Shown: positions 29,612 through 39,631 of the stretch, in pieces
Position numbering within the stretch: position 1 is the stretch's first letter
Layout of the letters: the number at the start of each line of letters is the position of its first letter
Origin: Gammaproteobacteria bacterium
GTDB lineage: Bacteria; Pseudomonadota; Gammaproteobacteria; G965277405
NCBI GenBank assembly: GCA_965277405.1
Contig: OZ255726.1
Span: 640,001 to 704,000, forward strand
Direction: 5' to 3'
DNA length: 64,000 nt
Notes under the pieces: model-generated
What the model was told of the DNA's origin: nothing
What the model saw: the letters and a program-made list of their open reading frames with translations, nothing else
The model's database searches: none
Program-made: the position numbers and the translations under genes

Positions 29612-30592
29612 ATGAAATTTACTAAATTAACCCTCGCAGCAATGCTGCTTGCTACCAGTATTGTTGCTCCTAGTTGGGGCTTTGAACCTGAAAATCCAGA
29701 ATGTATTGCCCCAGCTGATGCTGGTGGCGGGTGGGACTTTACCTGCCGTCAAGTAGGAAAAACGTTGTATGACCTTGGTTTAATACCTACTGTAATGCAA
29801 GTGACCAATCGCTCTGGTGGCGGTGGTGGTGTGGCGTATGCAGAAGTAGCCAATAAAAGAAATGATGACGACAACCTGATCGTTGCTGCAAGTGCCGCCA
29901 CTGCTACTCGTTTAGCGCAGGGAGCATACCCTGGCAACACTATGGCTGACATGCGCTGGATTGGCGCGATCGGCGCAGATTACGGCGTAATCGCAGTTGC
30001 GGCGAATAGCGAGATTACTTCACTTACCGCGCTGTTTGCTGCGATTAAAGCCGACCCTGCGTCGATCAGTTTCGCCGGTGGGTCCGCAGTTGGTGGCTGG
30101 GATCACCTCAAGGTATTATTACTCGCGCAGAAAATTGGTGTCAACAACGTCCGCAAGATTAAATACGTTGCCTTTGATGGTGGCGGTGAAGCAGTAGCAC
30201 AAATTCTGGCTGGATCAGTGCAAGCATTCACCGGTGATGTATCTGAAGTGCTTGGCTTTATGGAGTCTGGTGACTTAAGGGCAATTGCGGTTATGAGCCC
30301 AGTAAGATTGAGCGGGGCATTGGCGGCAGTGGCAACAGCCAAAGAGCAAGGAATAGATGTTATTGGGGCGAATTGGCGTGGGTTTTATGCGCCAGGAAAA
30401 ATGTCAGCCGCGGCGTATACGTATTGGAGTAAACAGATTCACGCTATGTATGCAACTCCACAGTGGCAAACGGTGATGAGTAATAATTCTCTGGCACCGC
30501 TTGATCTAACAGGAGCAGAGTTTGAGGCATTTGTGGCGGAGAGTATTGTAAGTATTGCGCAGCTTTCAAAAGATATTGGTTTGATTCGTTAA
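29612..30592 (+). CDS. tctC: Tripartite tricarboxylate transporter substrate-binding protein
   Basis: ECIAPADAGGGWD, GGSAVGGWDH, FDGGGEA and NWRGFY motifs. Confidence 0.9.
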   Translation: MKFTKLTLAAMLLATSIVAPSWGFEPENPECIAPADAGGGWDFTCRQVGKTLYDLGLIPTVMQVTNRSGGGGGVAYAEVANKRNDDDNLIVAASAATATRLAQGAYPGNTMADMRWIGAIGADYGVIAVAANSEITSLTALFAAIKADPASISFAGGSAVGGWDHLKVLLLAQKIGVNNVRKIKYVAFDGGGEAVAQILAGSVQAFTGDVSEVLGFMESGDLRAIAVMSPVRLSGALAAVATAKEQGIDVIGANWRGFYAPGKMSAAAYTYWSKQIHAMYATPQWQTVMSNNSLAPLDLTGAEFEAFVAESIVSIAQLSKDIGLIR

Positions 30593-30656
30593 GGCGACAT
30601 GTATATCTGGTTGAAATTTGCATTGACAGCAGCTGTGGATCAGGTGTGGAGCAGGT

Positions 30657-31088
30657 ATGACTGACCGCATTTTTGGAGTCATTATTATAGTGGTTTCATT
30701 GCTGTTTGCCTGGGGTGCGTCACTGACGCATGAAAGCTTTATTCAAGACCCTGTTGGACCAAAACTATTTCCATACATTTTGGCAGGGCTCGGAACATTG
30801 TTTGGCGCATTTATCGTCTTGCGACCAGATGAAAACCCACGTTGGCCAAACCGTGCTGGTGGCTTTGAGATTGGCGCAGCAGTATTGGCAATGTGTATGT
30901 ATACTGCATCGCTGGAGATGATAGGGTTTGTCATAGCCACGATACTTACCGCAATGTATTTTGCATGGCGGTTTGGTGCAACTGCAAAGGGCGCATTGCT
31001 ATCAGGGCTGCTGATTTCATTTGGCTTGTACGCAGTGTTTCACTTATTGCTAGGACTATCGTTGGCTAAAGGTCCATTTGGGTTTTAA
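30657..31088 (+). CDS. tctB: Tripartite tricarboxylate transporter small membrane subunit
   Basis: DPVGPKLFP motif, 4 TM segments, lies between tctC and tctA. Confidence 0.88.
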   Translation: MTDRIFGVIIIVVSLLFAWGASLTHESFIQDPVGPKLFPYILAGLGTLFGAFIVLRPDENPRWPNRAGGFEIGAAVLAMCMYTASLEMIGFVIATILTAMYFAWRFGATAKGALLSGLLISFGLYAVFHLLLGLSLAKGPFGF

Positions 31089-31102
31089 ACAAGGTTAGGA
31101 TT

Positions 31103-32605
31103 ATGGATTCGCTTGCATTACTTGTTGATGGGTTTGCCGTCGCGCTGACATTTCAAAATATTTTGCTTGCCCTCGTAGGCTGCGTCCTCGGCACAGTTAT
31201 TGGAGCATTACCAGGGCTTGGACCAGCGAATGGCGTAGCGATACTGATTCCATTAGTCTTTTCGCTGGGGCTTGATGCTGCGGCTGCGATGATTTTGTTG
31301 TCCTCGGTGTATTATGGTGCGATGTACGGCGGGCGTATATCTTCAATTTTATTGAATATTCCTGGTGACGAGCCGGCGATGATGACAACGCTGGATGGAT
31401 ATCCAATGACCCAACAGGGCAGGGCTGGCGAAGCCTTGTTTATTTCTGGTGTTGCAAGTTTCTTTGGGGCGTTTTTTGCTACATGGGGCTTGGTGTTGTT
31501 TGCGCCACTATTGGTAAAACTTGCCTTGCTGTTTGGACCAGCCGAATATCTAGCATTGTTCGTGTTAGCGTTCGCAACCTTGGGGGGAATATCTTCAAAA
31601 AACCAAGCAAAAGCAGGTCTGGCTGCGATTATAGGGCTGGGTATCGCCATAGTTGGTGTCGATGGGCAAACTGGTGTACCCCGGCTCTCGTTTGGTAATG
31701 TGTATTTTTATGATGGCATTGATTTCTTAGTTGCAATCGTCGGGATGTTCGCGTTGAGCGAAGTATTTATGTTTCTTGAAGACAGAACCGCGGCGATCAA
31801 AAGCAAGCCTGTCCCAACGATTGGCAAGATATTACCGAGCAGAAAAACCATTTTTCGAACGCTACGTACCATGTCTAGAGGGACAGTCCTTGGATTTATT
31901 GCAGGAGTACTGCCTGGCGCGGGGGCATCGCTTGGGTCATTTATTGCCTACTCAATTGAGAAGCGGTTTTTCGATAAAAAGCACACTTTTGGAACAGGTG
32001 ATCCACGCGGTGTTGCCGCACCAGAGGCAGGTAATAATGCCGCCGCAGGTGGCGCATTAGTGCCAATGCTGGCACTCGGCGTCCCAGGTTCAGGGACAAC
32101 AGCAGTATTACTTGCAATGCTACTCACCCTCAACATCACCCCCGGACCATTGCTTTTTCAAAAAAATCCAGATGTCGTTTGGGGCTTGATTGCCGCATTA
32201 TTTATTGCCAATGCGATGCTGCTGGCACTCAACTTACCATTGATTCGCCTGTTTGCGAATGTACTCAGACTACCGAATCGAATTTTGATGCCAACGGTAA
32301 CGATGATTTGTTTTATCGGTATCTATGCTGTTTCAGGGTCAACGTTTGATTTATATATAATGATTGCCTTCGGTATACTTGGCTGGGTGTTACGCAAGCT
32401 TAAAGTGTCGTTGGTTCCTGTAATCATGGGTATTTTACTCGGCAACTATATGGAAGACAACCTGCGCCGGGCGATGTCCATCTCTGATGGCGACCCGTCA
32501 ATTTTATTAGGGTCAGGCCTAGCAATAGGGCTATGGGTTGTAGCAATATTTGGTTTTTTCCTGCCAATACTTGTGTCCAATTTCTTGCGGGTAAAAAACA
32601 ATTAA
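31103..32605 (+). CDS. tctA: Tripartite tricarboxylate transporter large membrane subunit
   Basis: GALPGLGP, ILLNIPG, GVAAPEAGNNA and LGVPGS motifs. Confidence 0.93.
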   Translation: MDSLALLVDGFAVALTFQNILLALVGCVLGTVIGALPGLGPANGVAILIPLVFSLGLDAAAAMILLSSVYYGAMYGGRISSILLNIPGDEPAMMTTLDGYPMTQQGRAGEALFISGVASFFGAFFATWGLVLFAPLLVKLALLFGPAEYLALFVLAFATLGGISSKNQAKAGLAAIIGLGIAIVGVDGQTGVPRLSFGNVYFYDGIDFLVAIVGMFALSEVFMFLEDRTAAIKSKPVPTIGKILPSRKTIFRTLRTMSRGTVLGFIAGVLPGAGASLGSFIAYSIEKRFFDKKHTFGTGDPRGVAAPEAGNNAAAGGALVPMLALGVPGSGTTAVLLAMLLTLNITPGPLLFQKNPDVVWGLIAALFIANAMLLALNLPLIRLFANVLRLPNRILMPTVTMICFIGIYAVSGSTFDLYIMIAFGILGWVLRKLKVSLVPVIMGILLGNYMEDNLRRAMSISDGDPSILLGSGLAIGLWVVAIFGFFLPILVSNFLRVKNN

Positions 32606-32674
32606 GGTATAGGCATTTTATGCGCAATATAAAAGTTATGTGCAAATAGCTATTTAGTGAGGTAAATCTCTTAG

Positions 32675-32958
32675 GGAAGCTCTGATTAAGTCCATGATGG
32701 GCGAGACGGAGAAAAAACGCTGATGATAACTAGACGCAGTGCGCAGATAATACTGGTGGTATTATTAAGTGCTGCAACGACGTTAGCGCAGCGTTTTTTC
32801 CGTCCTTCTGTTGAATATACTTTGGGTTTGATGGTAGCGGTACTTGCTGTGTTGCATCCCTTGGCGTATATGCTACAGCATGCGCCTGCGGAATGCGCCT
32901 TGCAATCATCAGCAATTGCCATCAAACTCGCTCCATCAGCGACTTAATCAGAGGTTCC
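32675..32958 (-). mobile_element. MITE copy 3 (284 bp)
   Basis: Both IRs intact; TTAG duplication (32671-32674, 32959-32962); near-identical to copy 1. Confidence 0.92.
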
Positions 32959-33207
32959 TTAGCAGCCGCAAGCCGATAGACACGGTTTAATGTGCAAGGG
33001 ACTTGTTCGGCACGGGCGATACAATACCATTGTATTTGACAATGTGATGTGATTAGCAGTGTTGCCATTTACTGCATGCCACCGTTAAAATTTCATACAA
33101 TGTACCATTGATATCTGCTGCTAAATTGCGCAACTATCCAGCTATTGCAATAGTTAAATGCGACCTTGACATCAGCTAAGCTATTACTACATTTATATTT
33201 TATGTAT

Positions 33208-33283
33208 GCCCAAGTAGCTCAGTCGGTAGAGCAGAAGACTGAAAATCTTTGTGTCGGTGGTTCGATTCCGCCCTTGGGCACCA
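33208..33283 (+). tRNA. tRNA-Phe(GAA)
   Basis: Cloverleaf, anticodon loop CTGAAAA, encoded CCA; upstream TTGACA-N16-TACATT. Confidence 0.96.
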
Positions 33284-33937
33284 GTTGGTGTAATAGAACC
33301 AATGGATACAGCGCGGCTGCGGATAGTTTATGTTTGTCCTATTTATAGAACCAATTTACCCGCCTTTTTTAATTCATTTATAGCCGCTTTCCTAATGGCT
33401 GTTGGGTGGTCTGTGCTGTATTTAGCACGATTCTGTCGTCCGCCATCAGCAATATGGAATAAAGTTCTGCCACTGTGCTGTTACATCAATCGCCCTACGC
33501 TATTTATATGGGGAAGTTTATTGAGGAGGTGCTGAATACCGAGGAAGCTGGTGAATAAAAATCAAGAAAATCTCACTTAAATGGTCCTCATCGTGGCAAT
33601 GGGTGGCAACAGCCGAGGATGTAGATATTCAGGACAACAGTATTTGCTTGGTGAAGGCAGTCTAAATACGCTTGTACTCAACTCTCAACAGCAGTCGCAA
33701 CACTTTCTTGTGTGAATTATCCCAAGAGACGGTTGGCACGGCAGCAAAACAAAAACATTTAAGGAAACTCTGAACAATTCACCAAATTTGATTTTCTCAA
33801 CTTAACCATACAGTACAAGTTGTTGATTAGATTAACACTGTACGACCACCTTGAAAGGAGAGAAATGGCAGAGTTTAGGCGGGATTACAGTCGATGCAGC
33901 ACTGATAAATGGGTTGTCTGTGCCAGCAAGAACAAAG

Positions 33938-34165
33938 GGAATCTATGATTATTCCATCATGGACGAGACGGAGAAAAAACGCTGATGATAACCAGACACA
34001 GTGCGCAGATAATACTGGTGGTCTTGTGGGTGTTGCCAAGTGCTGCAACGCCGTTTGCGCAGCGTTTTTTCCCGTCCTTCTGTTGCATATTCTGTTGCAT
34101 ATATTACGGCAGTTTGCGGCAATTGCAGGCAAACTCGCTACAAAACCGAGTTAATCAGCGCTTCC
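33938..34165 (-). mobile_element. MITE copy 4, degenerate and internally deleted
   Basis: Decayed IRs GGAATCTATGATTATTCC / TTAATCAGCGCTTCC; lacks most of one hairpin module. Confidence 0.75.
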
Positions 34166-34317
34166 ACAGGCAATTATCGACTTTAGCCGTAAACTAAGAA
34201 CATCAGCATGGGTTGACTTTTATAAAAAGCGTTGCAAAAAACAAGATAGCCCACTGTGAAGTTGTCTGTATTTAATCCATGTATGTTATGCACAACTAAT
34301 CAGAACTGCCCGAGCAG

Positions 34318-35313
34318 TTAATAATTTGTAAACGCCTCCCCCATTTGAAACAGCGGCATATACAGCGCGAGTGCTAAAACTCCAACACAGGCGCCAGTGC
34401 ACAGCATCACCAACGGCTCAAGCCATACAAACACAGTGCTAAGACTATTGCGCATTGTTTGCCAATTAATCGCTGCGATATCTGAGAGCACGGTGGCAAG
34501 CGACCCACTGTGTTCAGCGCAGGCGAGCATTTGCAAGTCGACAGGATGAAAAAAAGGACATAGTGCAAAAGCAGTGGTCACTGGTGTGCCTTGGAGTAGC
34601 TGTTGGCTGGTATTATGGAGTTGTGAATGCCAAATTGGCATGCTATTGCTGAGTAAGATTGTCGCGTCGGCAATCGGCACATTTGACTTGAGCAAAATAT
34701 GGAGCAGTGAGGCGCTGCGATAACTGTAGTACTGCCGCACCACTGGGAACAGCCGCGTTGCAGTTCGCAAGCACGGCTGCGGAAATAGCAAAAAGATAGC
34801 AAATATTACTGCAATAATTGCAGGTGGCCACCACAAGGTATTTGACTCAAAAATATCAAATAATAATTGGGTGCTTGCAGGCAGCGGTTTGTCGCCGTAC
34901 AACGTCTGCATTTGCGGAATCATAAACCGCAATAAGCCAATACTTAGACCAATCCCAGCGCAAAGCACAAAACATGGATAACTTAGCTTATTCAATAGCT
35001 GCTGGCGCCACTTGCTATGCGTGCGCATAGTTGTGAGGAGCATTTGCAAGACTTGTGCGAGCTGCCCAGATTCTACTCCAATACCAATAATGCTAATGCA
35101 CTCCTTTCCAAACGCTTGCGTTGCTTTTGCAAAGGCATCAGCTATTCCAGCACCTGAATATAACGCGTATAATACTCGTTTGACTGCTGCACGCTGGCTG
35201 CGGCTGGGTTCACGCAGCAATAACAACTCTAGCGCATCGGTGAGCGGCAAATGGTTTTTGAGCAGCAATTGTAGGTTGGTTACGGTATGGAGTTGTTTGG
35301 TTGTTATCGCCAT
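34318..35313 (-). CDS. Type II secretion system F / PilC-family platform protein
   Basis: Two GspF repeats (IGVESGQL, AEHSGSL), LSYP and EPLVML..LYMPLFQM; ATG at 35313 (the longer ORF-track start lies in the MITE). Confidence 0.85.
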   Translation of the reverse strand: MAITTKQLHTVTNLQLLLKNHLPLTDALELLLLREPSRSQRAAVKRVLYALYSGAGIADAFAKATQAFGKECISIIGIGVESGQLAQVLQMLLTTMRTHSKWRQQLLNKLSYPCFVLCAGIGLSIGLLRFMIPQMQTLYGDKPLPASTQLLFDIFESNTLWWPPAIIAVIFAIFLLFPQPCLRTATRLFPVVRQYYSYRSASLLHILLKSNVPIADATILLSNSMPIWHSQLHNTSQQLLQGTPVTTAFALCPFFHPVDLQMLACAEHSGSLATVLSDIAAINWQTMRNSLSTVFVWLEPLVMLCTGACVGVLALALYMPLFQMGEAFTNY

Positions 35314-35333
35314 TTCTTTGCTATAGCTGCTAA

Positions 35334-35619
35334 GGAAGCTCTGATTAAGTCGCTGATGGAGCGAGTTTGATGGCAATTGCTGATGATTGCCAGGCGCATT
35401 CCGCAGGCGCATGCCGTAGCATATACGCCAAGGGATGCAACACAGCAAGCACAGCAATTGCCGCAAACCATCATATTTTCAACAGAAGGACGGGAAAAAA
35501 CGCTGCGCTAACGTCGTTGCAGCACTTGATAATACCACCAGTATTATCTGCGCACTGCGTCTAGTTATCATCAGCGTTTTTTTTCCGTCTCGCCCATCAT
35601 GGACTTAATCAGAGGTTCC
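35334..35619 (+). mobile_element. MITE copy 5 (286 bp)
   Basis: Both IRs intact; CTAA duplication (reverse complement of TTAG) at 35330-35333 and 35620-35623. Confidence 0.92.
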
Positions 35620-35687
35620 CTAACATGCAGATACATATAAAATCCTGTATTATCATCATCAACCAATAGCTGATTCATCGAATCCAT

Positions 35688-36278
35688 ATGCAATACGACA
35701 CGATACACCTCCCAAAACAACGCAGCTATGCGCTGATGAGTGACCCAATGTTTGAGTGTTTGTTCGCTAAACACGCAGAGATGATTGCGCCACAAATAAC
35801 GGTGCGCAAACATGAATGGGGAATGCTCGCTGCATTGTTCGATGACAACGAGGTGTATGGCATGCGCTGTGGAAAAACCGTCGCAGATGCGGTTGGAAAT
35901 TGGGATAAACAACACAATCTAGCGGTTAATACACAGCAAGCAGCACACCCGTTTTGGCTGGCATTAACTGGGCAATTAGCAACAAATGCCCCGCCAGTGC
36001 GGTTGGTATTCATCGGCACCATATTTCAATTATCTGTGTGGCGACAACTCGCACATCTGCCACCGCATCATTGCACCAGTTATCAACAACTGGCAATTGC
36101 AATCAATAATCCAAGAGCTGTTCGTGCGGTTGGCAAGACCATTGGTTTGAATCCTTTTTTTTATTTGAATCCCTGCCACCGCGTGCTATACGCCAATACT
36201 ACCATCAGCGGTTTTGCCTACGGCACACTGCTGAAAAAAACCATGCTGCGTCACGAACAAATCACGTGGAAAGAATAA
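35688..36278 (+). CDS. Methylated-DNA--protein-cysteine methyltransferase (Ogt-like)
   Basis: GTIFQLSVW, SYQQLA, RAVRAVG and PCHRV active-site motif. Confidence 0.85.
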   Translation: MQYDTIHLPKQRSYALMSDPMFECLFAKHAEMIAPQITVRKHEWGMLAALFDDNEVYGMRCGKTVADAVGNWDKQHNLAVNTQQAAHPFWLALTGQLATNAPPVRLVFIGTIFQLSVWRQLAHLPPHHCTSYQQLAIAINNPRAVRAVGKTIGLNPFFYLNPCHRVLYANTTISGFAYGTLLKKTMLRHEQITWKE

Positions 36279-36489
36279 CAACAAACGCATTCCCCAAAGC
36301 CTGCAAAATTGTTATAGAAATCACCCAAGCGGTGGTGATTGGCTTGGTAATGGCGTTGGCTACCTATGGATTTATCAGCGGGCTTGCATGGCTGCGCAGC
36401 CATCAGTATTCATCCGCTATGTTGCATATCGATATTGTTGATGCTTCGTTGCATGTACTTCGTTGCATGTAGCTGCATTCCTGTATATC

Positions 36490-36664
36490 AGTGTCGCTGC
36501 AAACCAAAAGTATATTGAACAGAGGGACGGAAAAAAAACGGTACTAACGTCGTTGCAGCACTTGGCAACACCCACAAGACCACCAGTATTATCTGCGCAC
36601 TGCGTCTAGTTAACGTCAGCGTTTTTTCTCCGTCTCGCCCATCATGGATTTAATCAGAGGTTTC
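36490..36664 (+). mobile_element. MITE partial copy (right half only)
   Basis: Matches the second hairpin module and right IR (..CATCATGGATTTAATCAGAGGTTTC). Confidence 0.75.
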
Positions 36665-36803
36665 ATAACACTATCCATTGTTGCAAATCAATCGGGACGC
36701 TATACATGTTTCGCTATCCATGTATAATTTAGTAACCCGCACCCTAACAACTACACAACAATACCTATTGTGGGTGATGTGTTTTTTATAATGGGTGTAT
36801 ATC

Positions 36804-37988
36804 ATGCGTTTTACTATTATTTTTATCACGGCATTATTGTTTGTCGTTTCTTTTGCTGCTAATGCGCGCACATTAGCAGAAATCCGCAAAGCGCAAAATC
36901 TACGCTGTGGTGTTTCCACAGGTCAAGCAGGCTTCTCTGAGCCAGACTCTCATGGCGTTTGGTATGGTTTTGATGTAACTCTTTGTAAAGCTATTTCTAT
37001 AGCACTTTTTGGTAATGATACAAAAGATGATATTGATAACCTTAATCTATTATCACTACCTGGAGGGAGTCATGAGTCTATAAGGTATGTGCCTTTACTA
37101 CCTTCTGAACGTGTTCCAGCGGTTATTGATGATACAGTCGATCTGTTATTCGCCAAGATACCTGTAACATTTTACAGCGAAATAAAACTCGGTATTAGTT
37201 TTCCCGCCATTAGCTATTATGACGGACAGACGTTTCTGGTACGCAAGTCTACAAACATTAAAAATGCGTGGAGAATTCCTGCCAACAGTTCAGTTTGTGT
37301 GCGTAACAACTCTGTTCGACAAGCACGGATGGATCATTTTTTCTCTCGATTTAACATCAGCATTCGCAAGGTTATTGCAAATGACATTGGTGGTCTAGTT
37401 GAAGCATTCAACGCAGGCGAATGCGATGTTATTACAGGTTATCAAACCAATCTTGCTGAATTGCGCCTTAGCTTAAATAAACCAGACCAAGCAGAAGTTT
37501 TGACGCAATTGATATCACGCCGCCCATTAGGACCAGCTGTGAAGGCAAAGTATACCGAGCTAAGCAACTTTGTTCGCTTTGTTATCAGCGTGTTAATTGA
37601 AGCCGAATACATTGGCATAGATTCAAACAATGTTGCCTCTGTGGCTGTTGCTGGCTCATCAGTTCAAAAAAACTTCTTGCAAATTTCTGCAAGACCTCCG
37701 TTATCCTTTGGTTTTCTTGAACCAAATCGGATTGAAACGCTGATTAGTGCTACTGGTAATTATGGTGAAATTTTCAATCGCAACCTTGGTGAAGGTTCTC
37801 CTTTAGCAATGTCACGCGGCATTAACCGCTCATGGTTCTATGGTGGCTTGTTATTAACGCCGCCTATTGCTAATTATGAAGCCGAAGACCTTGATCCATT
37901 TATTGATTTAGAGGAATACCAATATATGTTTGAAGATATTACGGAGATACAAAAGCTATTATCAGCAAAATATCAAGACCCTGAATAA
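36804..37988 (+). CDS. Amino-acid ABC transporter substrate-binding protein (AapJ/BztA-like), orphan
   Basis: LRCGVSTG, GFDV, YYDGQTFLV, PLGPAV and GNYGEIFNRNLG motifs; no adjacent permease. Confidence 0.8.
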   Translation: MRFTIIFITALLFVVSFAANARTLAEIRKAQNLRCGVSTGQAGFSEPDSHGVWYGFDVTLCKAISIALFGNDTKDDIDNLNLLSLPGGSHESIRYVPLLPSERVPAVIDDTVDLLFAKIPVTFYSEIKLGISFPAISYYDGQTFLVRKSTNIKNAWRIPANSSVCVRNNSVRQARMDHFFSRFNISIRKVIANDIGGLVEAFNAGECDVITGYQTNLAELRLSLNKPDQAEVLTQLISRRPLGPAVKAKYTELSNFVRFVISVLIEAEYIGIDSNNVASVAVAGSSVQKNFLQISARPPLSFGFLEPNRIETLISATGNYGEIFNRNLGEGSPLAMSRGINRSWFYGGLLLTPPIANYEAEDLDPFIDLEEYQYMFEDITEIQKLLSAKYQDPE

Positions 37989-38005
37989 ATTGAACTTGAC
38001 ATATT

Positions 38006-39631
38006 ATGGCGTGTAATTTTATTTTTATAACAGGTGGTGTTGTTTCATCATTAGGGAAGGGAATTGCTGCTGCAGGAATTGCCGCCACCCTCGAGTCAAA
38101 GCAAGGCTGTGTTACCATGCTAAAAATGGACCCGTATATTAATGTTGACCCTGGCACCATGAATCCCAACCAACATGGCGAGGTTTTTGTTACTGATGAT
38201 GGCACTGAAACTGACCTTGATTTAGGGTATTACGAACGTTTTATCTCTGCACAAATGTCTGAAAAGAATAATTTTACAGCAGGAAAAGTGTATGAAACGG
38301 TCATAGAAAAGGAACGCGCTGGCGGCTTTGATGGTGAAACCATTCAAGTAATTCCGCATATTACTGATGAAATTATTAAACGTATTCGTGCCGCTGGCAA
38401 AGGTTTTGAGTATTGTATTGTCGAGGTTGGTGGCACAGTTGGGGATATTGAGTCATTACCATTTATGGAAGCAATTCGCCAGTTACAGGTAAAGCTTTCT
38501 CGGCGCAGAACGTTCCATATCCACGTTACTCTCGTTCCATATCTACACAAAGCTGGCGAGATTAAAACCAAGCCAACGCAACATAGTGTCAAAGAGCTAC
38601 TTGCACTCGGCTTACAGCCAAACATGCTTCTTTGTCGCTGTAACGAGCCATTACCTGACAGCATCCGTCAAAAAATAGCACTGTTTACCCAAGTTCCGTT
38701 CAAAAACGTGGTGTCATTCGAAGACATTGACACCGTGTACCGTGTGCCATTATTACTTTACGAGCGGTCGGTCGCTAAAATTATTCTTAAGCATTTTGAT
38801 AAGGGTAATTCACACGCAGACATGCGGCCGTGGCGCGTATTTTCTAAACTGATAGATCAAGCATCTAACTCTGTTTCTATTGCCATAATTGGAAAATACC
38901 TAGGTCAAAAAGACACGTATAAATCTATAGTTGAAGCGCTGACTATTTGTGGCTACCACGTTGGGATAACAACCAAAATTCATCACATTGATGCCGAAAC
39001 AATCAACACTGCTACTGCACCAACAATATTGTCGAAATTCCAAGGAGTACTTGTTCCTGGTGGGTTTGGTGATCGTGGCATTGAAGGTAAAATAGCTACT
39101 ATCCACTATGCGCGCACCAATAACATACCTTTCTTTGGCATCTGTTTAGGTTTGCAAACAGCCGTAATTGAGTTTTCACGGAATGTACTCGGCTTGGTAG
39201 ATGCCAATAGCACTGAACAAAACCCTAACACCAATCATCCAGTAATTGTGACAGTCGAAGAGTGGCAAGATAACACAGGTCTGCGCAAGTTAAAAAGCAC
39301 AAAACGCGGCGGAACAATGCGCAAAGGTGGGATTGACATGCTGGTGAAGCGCAATACAACAGCATATTCGTGCTACAAAAAAATTAATGTCCGCGAGCGT
39401 CATCGACATCGTTGGGAAGTCAATGCAGCATACATTGCGCAGTTGGCAGAAGCTGGGATGATTATCAGCTGCACGTCTACAGACGATAGTCTTGTTGAAA
39501 TGATTGAAGTGCCAGAACACCCATGGTTTGTTGCGAGTCAATTCCATCCAGAATTTACCGCACGCCCAATGCAAGGTCATCCACTCTTTCAAGCATTTAT
39601 TAGCGCATGTACACACAACCAATCAAATTAG
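38006..39631 (+). CDS. pyrG: CTP synthase
   Basis: TGGVVSSLGKG, DPYINVDPGTM, KTKPTQ, GICLGLQ and QFHPEF motifs. Confidence 0.97.
   Translation: MACNFIFITGGVVSSLGKGIAAAGIAATLESKQGCVTMLKMDPYINVDPGTMNPNQHGEVFVTDDGTETDLDLGYYERFISAQMSEKNNFTAGKVYETVIEKERAGGFDGETIQVIPHITDEIIKRIRAAGKGFEYCIVEVGGTVGDIESLPFMEAIRQLQVKLSRRRTFHIHVTLVPYLHKAGEIKTKPTQHSVKELLALGLQPNMLLCRCNEPLPDSIRQKIALFTQVPFKNVVSFEDIDTVYRVPLLLYERSVAKIILKHFDKGNSHADMRPWRVFSKLIDQASNSVSIAIIGKYLGQKDTYKSIVEALTICGYHVGITTKIHHIDAETINTATAPTILSKFQGVLVPGGFGDRGIEGKIATIHYARTNNIPFFGICLGLQTAVIEFSRNVLGLVDANSTEQNPNTNHPVIVTVEEWQDNTGLRKLKSTKRGGTMRKGGIDMLVKRNTTAYSCYKKINVRERHRHRWEVNAAYIAQLAEAGMIISCTSTDDSLVEMIEVPEHPWFVASQFHPEFTARPMQGHPLFQAFISACTHNQSN

Noticed and set aside
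35314-35466. N-terminal extension of the PilC ORF in the ORF track
   Set aside because: Derived from MITE sequence; the ATG at 35313 is the more plausible start.
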